A stretch of DNA of 64,000 nt from a virus (IMGVR_UViG_3300047160_018755:96001-160000), one strand, 5' to 3'; counted from the stretch's first letter, positions 52,929 to 63,020 are shown. Notes: generated by a model not told the origin, from the sequence alone. A program made the numbers and translations.

Positions 52929-53899
52929 ACCGACAGCCTTTCCCTCGCCATCTGTTCGAGCACCTCGACGGGTGTCCCGTTCTTCGGCTTGTAGTCCTTC
53001 AAGAAGCGCTTAAACGCGTTCCCAATGCCCTCAGATTCGCGCACACGGGCCGTTTGACGGTCGGTGAGGAACGTGCGCACCTTGACGCCCGGACGCGCCC
53101 ATAGCTTCTTCTGCGCGGTCACGAAATCGGCCGGCCCGGTGATGTCGATGCGCCAGTCCACGTTCGGGTCCAGCTCGCCGTCTTCCGTGTCGGGGAAGAA
53201 CAGGTCGTCCGGCTTGATGGAGACGTACCGGATCTGCCGGCAGACCTTGCCCGTGTCGATGGAGCGCTTCTCCCGCACGTTGCCGGAGATGTCGAAGTCG
53301 TAGAGCCAGATCGCGCGGTCGATGTTGGCGTCACTCAGGTTCCGCCAGCGGGGCGCGCCGATGTAGGTCACGCGATCGAAGTTCTGGGGCGTGTGGATGT
53401 GCCCCGAGATGATGTTCTGCTGCGGAATGCGGCTGAGGTCGATGCCATCCTCCGCCAGGAAGCCGTTCTCGTACCGGCTGCCGACGAAAGTTTGGTGGCA
53501 CACCAAGGTGTTCGCGCCCGAGTACTTGTTGCAGATCTCCACGAATTTCTCGCGGTCCGCCATGTACGGCATGAAGAGCACACACGCGAAGGCTGACGGG
53601 TGGTCAACGACCTTGACCAGGTCCTCGTACATCTGCATCGCGTGAATCAGGTTCCCCTCGCCCGCGTAGTCGTGGTTGCCGACGAGAGTCATGCGGCGCC
53701 CCGGCTTCTTGAACCGCGCTCGGTAGAAGTCCATCACCTCGGCGCGGATGATGTTGTGGGTGTGGTGCTGGTCGCCCATGAACACGGTCGCGTCCACGTT
53801 CTCCGCCTTCGCGGTTTCGTCCACGAGATCCATGAGCCGGGCGCAGTCGTCCAGCTCCTCGGGAACCGCGTGGATGTCTCCGACGAATAGGTACTTCAT
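52925..53899 (-). CDS. SbcD/Mre11-like metallophosphoesterase
   Basis: GDIH, GDQHH, VGNHD, CHQ, SGHIH; partner SbcC-like gene at 63297. Confidence 0.88.
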   Translation of the reverse strand: MKYLFVGDIHAVPEELDDCARLMDLVDETAKAENVDATVFMGDQHHTHNIIRAEVMDFYRARFKKPGRRMTLVGNHDYAGEGNLIHAMQMYEDLVKVVDHPSAFACVLFMPYMADREKFVEICNKYSGANTLVCHQTFVGSRYENGFLAEDGIDLSRIPQQNIISGHIHTPQNFDRVTYIGAPRWRNLSDANIDRAIWLYDFDISGNVREKRSIDTGKVCRQIRYVSIKPDDLFFPDTEDGELDPNVDWRIDITGPADFVTAQKKLWARPGVKVRTFLTDRQTARVRESEGIGNAFKRFLKDYKPKNGTPVEVLEQMARERLSV

Positions 53900-54252
53900 A
53901 CGGCGTTGAGGTCGGGATAGGAGCTGGAGCGCTTGCGGTCGACGAGCTGGACCTGGTCGAGCGGGACCATGACGATCGACTTCGTCGTGCCGTCGTCCAG
54001 CTCGATGTCGATGGACTTCGTCCACTGCGACGTCATGCCGACCTGGTTCTGACCGGCCTGCGTGACATACACGAGGTCGCCAGGCTCGATGTCGTTCTCC
54101 TCGCTGCCGTAGACGACCTTGAGAGCGATGAGCTGCGTGCGTTGGGAGACCATGCGCAGCTGCATCTTGCCGACCTGGTGGACGCCCTTGTCCTGGTCCT
54201 CTTTCACCGCGAAGGGCTCACACGCGATGTTCTTGCTGAATCCTTGGATCAT
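53896..54252 (-). CDS. GroES-like co-chaperonin (putative)
   Basis: 118 aa, beta-rich; mobile-loop-like segment, then KVVYG...IEPGDLVYV...IEL.DG...MVPLDQV. Confidence 0.55.
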   Translation of the reverse strand: MIQGFSKNIACEPFAVKEDQDKGVHQVGKMQLRMVSQRTQLIALKVVYGSEENDIEPGDLVYVTQAGQNQVGMTSQWTKSIDIELDDGTTKSIVMVPLDQVQLVDRKRSSSYPDLNAV

Positions 54253-54253
54253 G

Positions 54254-55348
54254 TCACGCTCCGATTTCGTCCAGTCGAACGCCTTTGAGGCGCAGCAGTT
54301 TCGTCTCCCACAGCGTCAGGCCCATCCCGGCCTTCTTCATGAGCGCCATCGCGTCCCGGTTCTCGACCTGGACGTCCGGGCGCACCGACTCCGGCGCTGC
54401 GAAGCGGGTGATGGGCACGGGCGCGTCCGGGTCCGTCGGCAGCGAGCTGTCCGCGCTGACGGTCGAGGCGGCAGCGGCGAGGTCCGCGATCTCGGCAGCT
54501 GTGGTCCGATGCGACCCCTCGTCGCCCTCGGCCTTGCGCTTGGCCTTCTCTTTCTTGATGCCCGCGTTCACCAGCTGCGCGATCTTCTCGTAGTCGATGT
54601 TGTCGGCGGAGAAGTTGCGGATGAGCTTGTTGTAGCGGTAGATCTTGCGCTTGTCGACCGGGTAGAAGTGGATGAGGGTCTCGCTGTACTCCTCGATGAA
54701 ATTCCCGACCATGCGGCCGATCATCGTCGAGCGGAAGACCTTCGGCGACACGCGACCGCGCGGGCCGGGCGAGTACTTGTCCACGCCCGACATCATGCCC
54801 TCGGCCGCGATCTGGATCTCGTCCATGTAGCTGAGGTGCGACTTCGGCGTGCGCGAGTAGAACACGCGCGCACGAGCGATGCCCAACGGCAGGTTGATGG
54901 CGACGATGTCTTTGCGGAGCTTCCCAATCTGGTTCGCGAGCTTCGTGACCTGGGAGTTCGGACCCCAGTTCCGCTGCTTCATGACGAACAGGATGAACTG
55001 GTAGTTGATCGCGAAGCGGTACAGGTCCTCGACACCGTGGCGGCCCTTCTTGAGCGCCTTCGAGATCTGCTTCGCGAACACCTCCTGGCGCTCGCGGAAG
55101 TAGGGGCGGGCGGCGAGAATGTTCTTCTTCTCCTCGGAGATGAACGTGACGAAGCGCTTGTACACCCACTGGCCGTAGCTGTGGCGCACGACGGTGTCGC
55201 GCCACTTCTTCTCCAGGGCGATGAGCTGTTCGACCTGGTTCTTCTGGTGCTCGTTCCAGTTCTCGATGGACCCGTAGCGCGCGATCAGCTTCTCCAGCTC
55301 CGCAGCGAACACCTTGAAGTGCTCCTGCTCGGGAATGAAACCGCTCAT
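54254..55348 (-). CDS. Phage RNA polymerase sigma factor (sigma70-like)
   Basis: NLPLGI..A...DEIQIAAEGM..GVDKY...FRST region 2; C-terminal region 4-like helices. Confidence 0.82.
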   Translation of the reverse strand: MSGFIPEQEHFKVFAAELEKLIARYGSIENWNEHQKNQVEQLIALEKKWRDTVVRHSYGQWVYKRFVTFISEEKKNILAARPYFRERQEVFAKQISKALKKGRHGVEDLYRFAINYQFILFVMKQRNWGPNSQVTKLANQIGKLRKDIVAINLPLGIARARVFYSRTPKSHLSYMDEIQIAAEGMMSGVDKYSPGPRGRVSPKVFRSTMIGRMVGNFIEEYSETLIHFYPVDKRKIYRYNKLIRNFSADNIDYEKIAQLVNAGIKKEKAKRKAEGDEGSHRTTAAEIADLAAAASTVSADSSLPTDPDAPVPITRFAAPESVRPDVQVENRDAMALMKKAGMGLTLWETKLLRLKGVRLDEIGA

Positions 55349-56850
55349 TGCTGGATCTCCTGGTAATTCGGGTAGATGTCCTTGTAGATCTTGACGCGCT
55401 CTTTCGCGTGCTTCTCCAGCATCGGGACGTTGCGGATGCCGAAGTCCACGTACACGCAGTCCTCCTTGCCCGGAATCTTGCGCGTGCCGCGGCCCGTGAT
55501 CTGGCGCAGCTCGACTTCCGACTTGCCGCCGCGGAGGTTGATGAGGAGCTTCACCTTCTGGATATCGGTTCCGGTGGTGATGCAGGACGTGCCGATGAGA
55601 ATCGGAAACTCGCCGCGGTTGAACTGGTCGACGAGGTCGGTGGGGTCGTCATCCCAGTACTTCTCGGGCACGAACTTCTTCGACTCCTTCGTGAGACTGC
55701 CGTGAGCGAAGCGGAAGTCGTAGCGCAGGTGCGGGATGAGCTTCTGGAGCTGCTCATACTCCTCGATCATGATCACGGTCGGACGACCCATGAGGCTCAC
55801 CGCCTTGTTGGCCACCTCGGCGGCCTTGGAGATGATCTCGGGGTTGTAGAACACGTGGGCGCGGGTCATGTCGTTCGCGTCGTCAGACTCGTAGAGCTGC
55901 CCGCGGTCGCGCACGTTGGAGTCACACCAAATCATGCGGAACTGCGGCTTCGCCAGGAAGCCCTGGTCGACGCCCTCCTGGACCGTCATCGTGTACACGA
56001 TCGGACCCGTGATGGCGTTGAGGAGCAGGTCCTTCCCGTCGGCGCGCATCTGCGTGCCCGAGAAGAAGAAGCGGTACGGCACGTGCGCCATCAAGCCGAA
56101 GCACACGTCGGAAAGCGTAGCGGCTGGGCACATGTGCGACTCGTCCGCGATGAAGATCTTGGCCTCGCGGAACTGATCCCACGCAGGAGTCCCAATCTCA
56201 ACGTTCTTCAACGACGCGGCCACGCCGACCGTGAAGAGCTTGCCGAGCTGCTTCTTGCCATCACCGAAGAATCCCACCCGCGCCTTGCCGAAGTGCTTCA
56301 GGAGGTCGCGATGAATCTGCTTCGCGATGTTCACCGAGGGCGACATGATCACCGCCGGCAGACCGATGTCTTTGAGCAGCAGCTCGATGATGAAGCTCTT
56401 CCCGAGGCCGGTGCCCATCTCGACGCCACACGGACCCGCGGCAGCGTGATTGAGCAACTCGGTCTTGGCCGCGAGCTGGTAGTAGCGCGGCTCGTGGTCA
56501 GGGATCTTCTCCCAAGGCACGAGCTTCGGATAGGGGAGGGTGTAGCGCACGTGCGACGTGTCGTCGAAGGCAGATTCGAGACGCTGGCGGAGACCGGTGT
56601 AGGTGTACGGCCCGTGATCGTCATCGTCGTCGAAAAGGAGACACTTCTCCTTGGCAGCCTGGAGTTCGGCCAACTTCTCGCGGTACGCGGCCTCGCCGTT
56701 GTACTTCACGAACCAGCGCTGGCCCTTGATGTGACCGCGGAGGGCCCACTCGACCTGCTTGTCGGTGTAGGTCAGGTTGGCTCGAACCTGTGCCAGCCGA
56801 TCCTGGTAGCCGCGCAGGTACATGCAGGTGGGGGTGACGAGTTCGAGCAT
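55345..56850 (-). CDS. Superfamily 2 DNA helicase (UvsW-like)
   Basis: MGTGLGKS, IADESH, FSGT, QITGRGTR. Confidence 0.9.
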   Translation of the reverse strand: MLELVTPTCMYLRGYQDRLAQVRANLTYTDKQVEWALRGHIKGQRWFVKYNGEAAYREKLAELQAAKEKCLLFDDDDDHGPYTYTGLRQRLESAFDDTSHVRYTLPYPKLVPWEKIPDHEPRYYQLAAKTELLNHAAAGPCGVEMGTGLGKSFIIELLLKDIGLPAVIMSPSVNIAKQIHRDLLKHFGKARVGFFGDGKKQLGKLFTVGVAASLKNVEIGTPAWDQFREAKIFIADESHMCPAATLSDVCFGLMAHVPYRFFFSGTQMRADGKDLLLNAITGPIVYTMTVQEGVDQGFLAKPQFRMIWCDSNVRDRGQLYESDDANDMTRAHVFYNPEIISKAAEVANKAVSLMGRPTVIMIEEYEQLQKLIPHLRYDFRFAHGSLTKESKKFVPEKYWDDDPTDLVDQFNRGEFPILIGTSCITTGTDIQKVKLLINLRGGKSEVELRQITGRGTRKIPGKEDCVYVDFGIRNVPMLEKHAKERVKIYKDIYPNYQEIQQ

Positions 56851-56952
56851 CTCCTGTGTTTCTATCGAATCAGAGCGGTGCGTCACGGCCGGTGGAGATT
56901 CGATAGAGAATTGCGTGAACTTGCGAAATTCGCAAAAAGGAGCACCGCGTCG

Positions 56953-57774
56953 ATGATTTCCTTCGTAAAGCTGTTCGGTTCGATCCTGGACTCCAGCGTC
57001 TGGCAACAGCCTGCCACCACAAAAGTTGTTTGGATTACACTACTTGCGATGTCAGACAAGGGTGGTGACGTTACAGCATCCATCCCCGGATTGGCCGCAA
57101 GAGCCGGTGTTACCTTGGAGGAGTGCCAAAAAGCCTTGGAGTATCTCCAAACACCCGACCCGTTCTCCAGAACGAAGGAGGATGAAGGTCGCCGGATCAA
57201 GGAGATCACTGGTGGGTGGCTTATCATCAACCATCCCAAGTACAGAGAATTGGTCAGCAAAGAGATCAAGAGGGAGAATGACAACGCGCGTTATCACGAG
57301 AAAAAAGGGTATGGTGCACAGCTAATTTCGGCTCCTCACAAAAGTGCGAATTTCGCAAATTCAGCCGAACTCGCACATAACGTTAACGTAGACGACAACG
57401 AAAGTTCTTCTGGGGTAGAGGAGGTGCAGGAGGAGGAGGGGGTCGATCTCGACCTCCAGTCCCTCTTCGACGAGTGGTACGATCGTGGGGGTCCTACCAA
57501 GAAAGACGGTACCCCGTTCCGTGAGAACTTCGGGAACTTCCAAAAGGCCTTTCGTAGGAAGGGTTGCAAGTTGGTCGACTTTGCAGAAAAGGTCCACCTC
57601 CGTCTGAAACGATTCGACGTCGATGACCGTGAAGATCGCAGCTTCAAGCTCGGCATGCTCCTGACCTTCCTGAACGGACCTTGGCGTGACGAGAAGGGTC
57701 CTCCGAAGAAAGTCGCACCCCTCGCTAAGAAAGTGGCTGACCCCGCCCAAGAACGAAACCTCCCTGCCGACTGA
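56953..57774 (+). CDS. Replication initiator/replisome organizer-like protein
   Basis: FVKLFGSILDSSVW...WITLLAM...wHTH-like N-terminus; low GC; directly upstream of DnaB. Confidence 0.7.
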   Translation: MISFVKLFGSILDSSVWQQPATTKVVWITLLAMSDKGGDVTASIPGLAARAGVTLEECQKALEYLQTPDPFSRTKEDEGRRIKEITGGWLIINHPKYRELVSKEIKRENDNARYHEKKGYGAQLISAPHKSANFANSAELAHNVNVDDNESSSGVEEVQEEEGVDLDLQSLFDEWYDRGGPTKKDGTPFRENFGNFQKAFRRKGCKLVDFAEKVHLRLKRFDVDDREDRSFKLGMLLTFLNGPWRDEKGPPKKVAPLAKKVADPAQERNLPAD

Positions 57775-57785
57775 AAGGATTTTCC

Positions 57786-59330
57786 ATGTCCACCGAAACT
57801 GATTTCACCCAGACCCAGCAACGTGCCGTCCTTGGCCATGCGGTCATCGACTCTGTCGTCCTCTCGGCTGTTCAGCAGCTGAAGGTCATCTTCGACGAGA
57901 ACCTCACCGCCTCGCTCTTCAAGCGACTCTGCGAGTTCGTCGAGCAGAACCACACCCAGCCCTCGGTCGCCGAGCTGCGGAACCACTGCATGCAGTTCAT
58001 GGAGGTGAATGACGGCAACGCCATCTCCAAGCGTCTCGACGAGTGTCTCAAGGCGGCGAACGACATCCGCATCGAGACGCTCCTGCCGTTCCTCCTGCTC
58101 TGGGGCGAGCGTCAGGTGTTCAAGAACCAGCTCGAAAAGGCTGCCGACGTGTTCAACACGTCGATGGACCTGTACAACAAGAACGGCGGCGTGGCTGGCA
58201 AGAAAGAGCACGAGGAGTCCAAGGCTCTCGTCCTCGATCTCGCTTCGGAGCTTCAGCGCGTCGGTCTCGCTGTGACCGGCGCTCGCTTCGATGCGATGTC
58301 TCAGCGTTCGAGGGGCGAAGACAAGGAACGCCTCGGTCGGTACAGCCGATTGATTCCGACCGGCTTGAAGTACCTCGACGACGCCACGGGCGGTGGTATC
58401 GGCCCGAAAGATCTCTGGGTCATCTCCGCGCAGACCGGCTACGGCAAGACGCAGACCGCGACGGCCATCGCACAGTCAGCGGGCATGTCTGGCAAGAAGG
58501 TCACCTTCTTCGCACTCGAAGCCGAAAACCTGGAGCTGGAGCGTCGGATCAAGTTCACGATCCTGCTCCAGCTTTTCAACAAAGCCTACCCGGGCAACAG
58601 CGAATTTCTCGACGGTGTCGCATGGGCGAAAGGTGAGCCCAAGGTCAACGCGAAGTTGAAGCCGTTCGAAAAGATGGCTGCCGAAATCATGGAGCAGAGG
58701 CTCAAGAACGTGTTCACGTTCTACCGCGGCTACGGCAAGTACACCGACAAGGACTTGGAGCGCGATATCTTCACGCAAGCTCGTGACTCCGACTTGGTCA
58801 TCATCGACCACCTCGGGTATATCGACCTCGACGGCAACGACCAGAACAAGGCGGTCACCGAGTTGATGCACAAGCTGGCGGACCTCGCTATGACTGGTGA
58901 CGGCTGCCCCATCGTCGCCGCGGCACAGACGCGCAAGGGCGACGGCAAGCAGAACCGAAAGTTCGCGCCGCTCATCCCGCTGATGGAGGACATCTCGGGC
59001 AGCAAGGCGATCGTGACCGTCGCGACCAACGTGGTCATGATTGCTCGCGTGAACGAGAAGGTGGGGTTCTACAACGGCAAGTCCACAGAAGGCTCCCTGG
59101 TTGAGCCGAAGTCGTGGGTCAAGAATCCCACTCTCATCCAGCTCCAGAAGTGCCGCGCTGGAGATCGCATCCGCTACGCCGCTCTCTGCTCGTACAGCCC
59201 CTCCCTGGGAACGTACGAAGACCCGTACAGCATCGGGCGCATGCGAAGCGGGGACACGGAGTGGGAGCCGTCCCAAGCTCCTGAGTGGGCCACTCACGCC
59301 ACGCTTCAGGTCAACCCCATCGAGAAATAG
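57786..59330 (+). CDS. DnaB-like replicative helicase
   Basis: SAQTGYGKT, FALE, IIDHL, AAQ, QKCR. Confidence 0.9.
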   Translation: MSTETDFTQTQQRAVLGHAVIDSVVLSAVQQLKVIFDENLTASLFKRLCEFVEQNHTQPSVAELRNHCMQFMEVNDGNAISKRLDECLKAANDIRIETLLPFLLLWGERQVFKNQLEKAADVFNTSMDLYNKNGGVAGKKEHEESKALVLDLASELQRVGLAVTGARFDAMSQRSRGEDKERLGRYSRLIPTGLKYLDDATGGGIGPKDLWVISAQTGYGKTQTATAIAQSAGMSGKKVTFFALEAENLELERRIKFTILLQLFNKAYPGNSEFLDGVAWAKGEPKVNAKLKPFEKMAAEIMEQRLKNVFTFYRGYGKYTDKDLERDIFTQARDSDLVIIDHLGYIDLDGNDQNKAVTELMHKLADLAMTGDGCPIVAAAQTRKGDGKQNRKFAPLIPLMEDISGSKAIVTVATNVVMIARVNEKVGFYNGKSTEGSLVEPKSWVKNPTLIQLQKCRAGDRIRYAALCSYSPSLGTYEDPYSIGRMRSGDTEWEPSQAPEWATHATLQVNPIEK

Positions 59331-59349
59331 ATTCGATAGAAGCTAGGAG

Positions 59350-61125
59350 ATGGATTACGCCAAGGTCAAGTCCGTAGGCAAGCAGGTCGAGGTTTCGGGA
59401 GCCAAGCTCGACAAGATCGTCCTCGAAACCATGAAAACCATCGCCGATATCGTCGGCGGGACGCTAGGGCCGGGTGGAAAGCCTGCGCTTCTGGAGCGTT
59501 ACGAGCACGGTCTGCCGCCGATCTTGACCAAAGACGGCGTCACCGTGTACCAGGCGCTCGGATTCGACAACTCGATCGCCCACTGCGTGATGGAGGTGGC
59601 CCGAGACGCCTCCGTTCGCACGGCCAACGAAGCCGGCGACGGCACGACGACGGCCTCGATCTTGTCCGAGGCCATCGTCCGGCTGACCAAGGAGTACTGC
59701 AAAGACAACCCGCGCGTTTCTCCGCAGCGGGTGGTCCGCACGCTCCAGAAGACCTTCCGGGACTTCATCGAGCCGACCGTTCAGGGGCTGTCCAGGTCGC
59801 TGAACTTGGAGTCAGACCAAGATCTTCTCCACGCCATTGCCAAGGTGTCGGCCAACGGCGACACCGACCTGGCCGACGCGGTCATGGAGTGCTTCGAGGT
59901 GACGGGCGACCAGGGCAACGTCACGATCGTCGAAGAGGGCGGTCCCGACGGCTACGAGGTCCAGCACATCCAGGGCTACCCCATCGCGATGGGATACGAG
60001 GAGTCGTGCAAGAAGTTCTACCCGAAGTTCATCAACGACCCCGGCACCCAGCGCACCCTCCTGGACAAGCCCGCGTTCCTGCTCTACCACGGCCGCGTGA
60101 ACGAGATTCGCGACCTGGTCCCGATCATCGAGCAGGTGCTGTCGGCGTACCAGCAGCCGGCCCAGTTCGGGCTCGACAAGCCTTTCACGCCCCACCTCGT
60201 GGTGGTCGCCACCGGTTTCTCGGAGGGTGTGCTCGCGACGTGCGCGACCAACTTCGACGACCCGCGCTCGCCGAACATCTTCCCGCTCCTGGTGCCGAAC
60301 AACTCGCCGCAGTCGAATGCGCAGTTCGAGTTCCTCCGCGACCTCGCCGGCATCACGGGCGCGACGCTCTGTGACCCGATCTCGAAGCCACTGCCCACCG
60401 TACGCCTCGAAGATCTCGGCGTCGGCTGCGACATGTTCGAGGTCACGCGCTCGCGCAGCAACGTCGTGGGCTTCGCCGATGAGGGCCTGCTCCAGATGCG
60501 TCTCGAAGAGGTCCAGCAACAGCTCCAGAACCCGGACTCCGAGCTGGACGCGAAGCTGCTCCAGGAGCGCATCGCCAAGCTCTCCGGCGGCATCGCGCGG
60601 CTCAAGGTCGTCGGCTCGTCGAACGCCGACCTGAAGGAGCGCCGCGACCGTGCCGAGGACGCCGTGTGCGCTGTCCGCGGCGCCGTGAAGTACGGCTGCC
60701 TCCCTGGTGGCGCGTGGACCCTGCTCAAGCTCTGCTCGTTGCTCCCCACCGATCCCATCAACGGGATTCTGCGGGAGGCGTTCCAGACCCCGTTCCGTCG
60801 CCTGGTCGAAAACTCGGGCTTCCTGACGGACGAGGAGGGGTTCGCCATCGAGATGCCCATCCAGCAGGGTATCGCGCAGGGCAAGTCGATCGTGTACGAC
60901 TTCCTGGAGTCGAAGCACGTCGACGCCTTCGAGGGCGGCATCCTCGACAGCACCCCCGCGGTGCTCGAAGCAATTCGCAACGCCATTTCCAGCGCGTCCC
61001 AGATCGGAACGCTTGGAGGGTGCGTTGTATTTCATAGAGACCCAATCTTCGAAAGGAATGAGGCTCGCGCTGCATCTCAGTGGCAGCGGGAGTCGAGTTA
61101 CAATCCAGCCGACGAACGACCCTGA
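59350..61125 (+). CDS. groEL: GroEL-like chaperonin
   Basis: GTLGPGG, TKDGVTV, AGDGTTTAS, LQERIAKLSGG, LPGG, ILDS. Confidence 0.93.
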   Translation: MDYAKVKSVGKQVEVSGAKLDKIVLETMKTIADIVGGTLGPGGKPALLERYEHGLPPILTKDGVTVYQALGFDNSIAHCVMEVARDASVRTANEAGDGTTTASILSEAIVRLTKEYCKDNPRVSPQRVVRTLQKTFRDFIEPTVQGLSRSLNLESDQDLLHAIAKVSANGDTDLADAVMECFEVTGDQGNVTIVEEGGPDGYEVQHIQGYPIAMGYEESCKKFYPKFINDPGTQRTLLDKPAFLLYHGRVNEIRDLVPIIEQVLSAYQQPAQFGLDKPFTPHLVVVATGFSEGVLATCATNFDDPRSPNIFPLLVPNNSPQSNAQFEFLRDLAGITGATLCDPISKPLPTVRLEDLGVGCDMFEVTRSRSNVVGFADEGLLQMRLEEVQQQLQNPDSELDAKLLQERIAKLSGGIARLKVVGSSNADLKERRDRAEDAVCAVRGAVKYGCLPGGAWTLLKLCSLLPTDPINGILREAFQTPFRRLVENSGFLTDEEGFAIEMPIQQGIAQGKSIVYDFLESKHVDAFEGGILDSTPAVLEAIRNAISSASQIGTLGGCVVFHRDPIFERNEARAASQWQRESSYNPADERP

Positions 61126-61541
61126 TGCCATTCGATCCAGAAAAGAAGAAAGCGTATGACGCTAAGTACCGCGCCTCTCACAAAGAGGAAATGAAACGGT
61201 ACCTGAAGGATTACTACAAAAAGAATCCAGAGGTTCTAAAGAAAAAGGAACGAAATCGAATTCAGAAACTTCGTCATGAAGTGATCGAAGCTTACGGGGC
61301 TGCCTGTGTCTGTTGTGGTGAGACCAAGTTCGTGTTTTTGACAATCGATCACATCATGAACGATGGAGCTGAACATCGTAGGGAGTTGTTTGGAAACAGG
61401 GTTGGACGTGGTGGCGGTTTCTACCGATGGTTGAAGAAGGAAGGGTTTCCCAGAGATCGATTTCAACTGATGTGTTACAACTGCAACTGTGGGCGAGCCA
61501 GGAATGGCGGTATCTGCCCTCACCAGGAAGGGTGTTCGTGA
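61125..61541 (+). CDS. HNH-type endonuclease
   Basis: YGAACVCCG...LTIDHI.NDG...LMCYNCN; low GC. Confidence 0.85.
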   Translation: MPFDPEKKKAYDAKYRASHKEEMKRYLKDYYKKNPEVLKKKERNRIQKLRHEVIEAYGAACVCCGETKFVFLTIDHIMNDGAEHRRELFGNRVGRGGGFYRWLKKEGFPRDRFQLMCYNCNCGRARNGGICPHQEGCS

Positions 61542-62473
61542 TGAATCTGAAAGAACTGGAGAAGATGGCGGACGACGTGAAAGCGGAGCTGAGCGACGAC
61601 GCTCCGCCGAAGCCGGCACTGGTCAACGGCGAGCCGCTCTTGTACCGACGGCTCCCTGACGGGCGCCCCATCTACGTCGCCGCAGGCCGTGAAGGCGAGC
61701 CCCTGAGGGATTCCAATGGCGACTACGTCGTCATCGATCCGCAAACGGGGTTCCTGCGCCACAAGCTTCCGCGCACGGCTGCGCAGGGGCTTCCCCCGAT
61801 GAAAGACATCGACCAGACCAACCTGGCCATCCAGCAACTCCAGCAGCGTGAGCCAGGGTTCCTCGCCTTCGCGCGGGCCCAGACGCCGGTCAAGGAGTTC
61901 AAGAAGACGCTCCAGCAAAAGGTGTGGCTGGCGTTCAACTGGCCTCTCGCCCTCGTGGCCTGGTTCAGCGCCAAGGCCTCGGCGGCCATCATCGCCGTGC
62001 GTCGCGTGGCCATGAAGCTCGCCAACCGCCTTCGTCCCGTGCCGGCCATGTTGCAGATCAAGCCTCTGCAAGGGGTCGAAAAGTACCTCAACGCTCGCGC
62101 GCTCCAGCTCATCCAGAACCCCATCAAGAGCACGATATACCAGACTCCCGACAGCAAACTCGCCTACGCGCAGTACGCTAACATGCGCGTGCCGCTGGAG
62201 CCGGACGGCAGCGTCAACGAGGAGTACATCCACCGCTGGGCGATGTTCCTCAACTCGATGGCCGACCGCGGGATCTGGAAACACGGCGTCCTCTCGGGCC
62301 CGTCGACTATCACGCTGGCCATGACGGACCTCCGGTGGGAGGTGGGTCTGTTCACGTTCCTCTTCTCGAACGAGAGCGACTACAAGCGCCTCAACGAGCA
62401 GGTGGGCTTCCCGGTGTTCGGCCAGGAGGGCGACTTCGCGTTCAGCTCCGACTGGTCGCTCTTCCCCTGGTAG
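61541..62473 (+). CDS. Hypothetical protein
   Basis: Codon bias; coupled start. Confidence 0.65.
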   Translation: MNLKELEKMADDVKAELSDDAPPKPALVNGEPLLYRRLPDGRPIYVAAGREGEPLRDSNGDYVVIDPQTGFLRHKLPRTAAQGLPPMKDIDQTNLAIQQLQQREPGFLAFARAQTPVKEFKKTLQQKVWLAFNWPLALVAWFSAKASAAIIAVRRVAMKLANRLRPVPAMLQIKPLQGVEKYLNARALQLIQNPIKSTIYQTPDSKLAYAQYANMRVPLEPDGSVNEEYIHRWAMFLNSMADRGIWKHGVLSGPSTITLAMTDLRWEVGLFTFLFSNESDYKRLNEQVGFPVFGQEGDFAFSSDWSLFPW

Positions 62474-62474
62474 C

Positions 62475-63020
62475 ATGAAAATCCGCATCGCCAAGAAGGT
62501 CTTCAAGGATCCGGACCGGTACTCGGCGCAGCAGCGCTTCCACGCTGCCCATCGCATGTACCGGGCCGCCAGAGCCTTCGTGGACGCGCATCTCGCCTTG
62601 ATGGCGCTGATGTTGAAACCCCAGCGTTCGTTCCGCAACGACGATTCGCTAGATCTTAGGTACGAGCAGCTGACGCTGCTGTTCGAGTCGGGCAAGCTCA
62701 AGGTGCTGCCGGCTGGCGAGGTTCAAGTTCCGCAGGAAAACATCAACAAGCCCGTGTACCGCCGCGACGGTCAGGCTCACAACTTCAACGCCACGCCCTT
62801 CCCGAACACGTTCTACACGGGCGGCGTCGACTCCGGCATCGACAAGGGCTGGTGGGAGATGGGCGAGCAGCGCTACGAGCGCACGTACAGCCGCAAGAAG
62901 TACCAGATCCGTACCGGCGGCAAGGATGCCGGCAAGAAGCCGAAGCGACTGAAGCGGAAGGACTTCGACATGAAGCCTCTCAAGCAGATCGTTCACACCT
63001 ACCGGGGCGGCAATGCCTAG
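62475..63020 (+). CDS. Hypothetical basic protein
   Basis: Codon bias. Confidence 0.6.
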   Translation: MKIRIAKKVFKDPDRYSAQQRFHAAHRMYRAARAFVDAHLALMALMLKPQRSFRNDDSLDLRYEQLTLLFESGKLKVLPAGEVQVPQENINKPVYRRDGQAHNFNATPFPNTFYTGGVDSGIDKGWWEMGEQRYERTYSRKKYQIRTGGKDAGKKPKRLKRKDFDMKPLKQIVHTYRGGNA

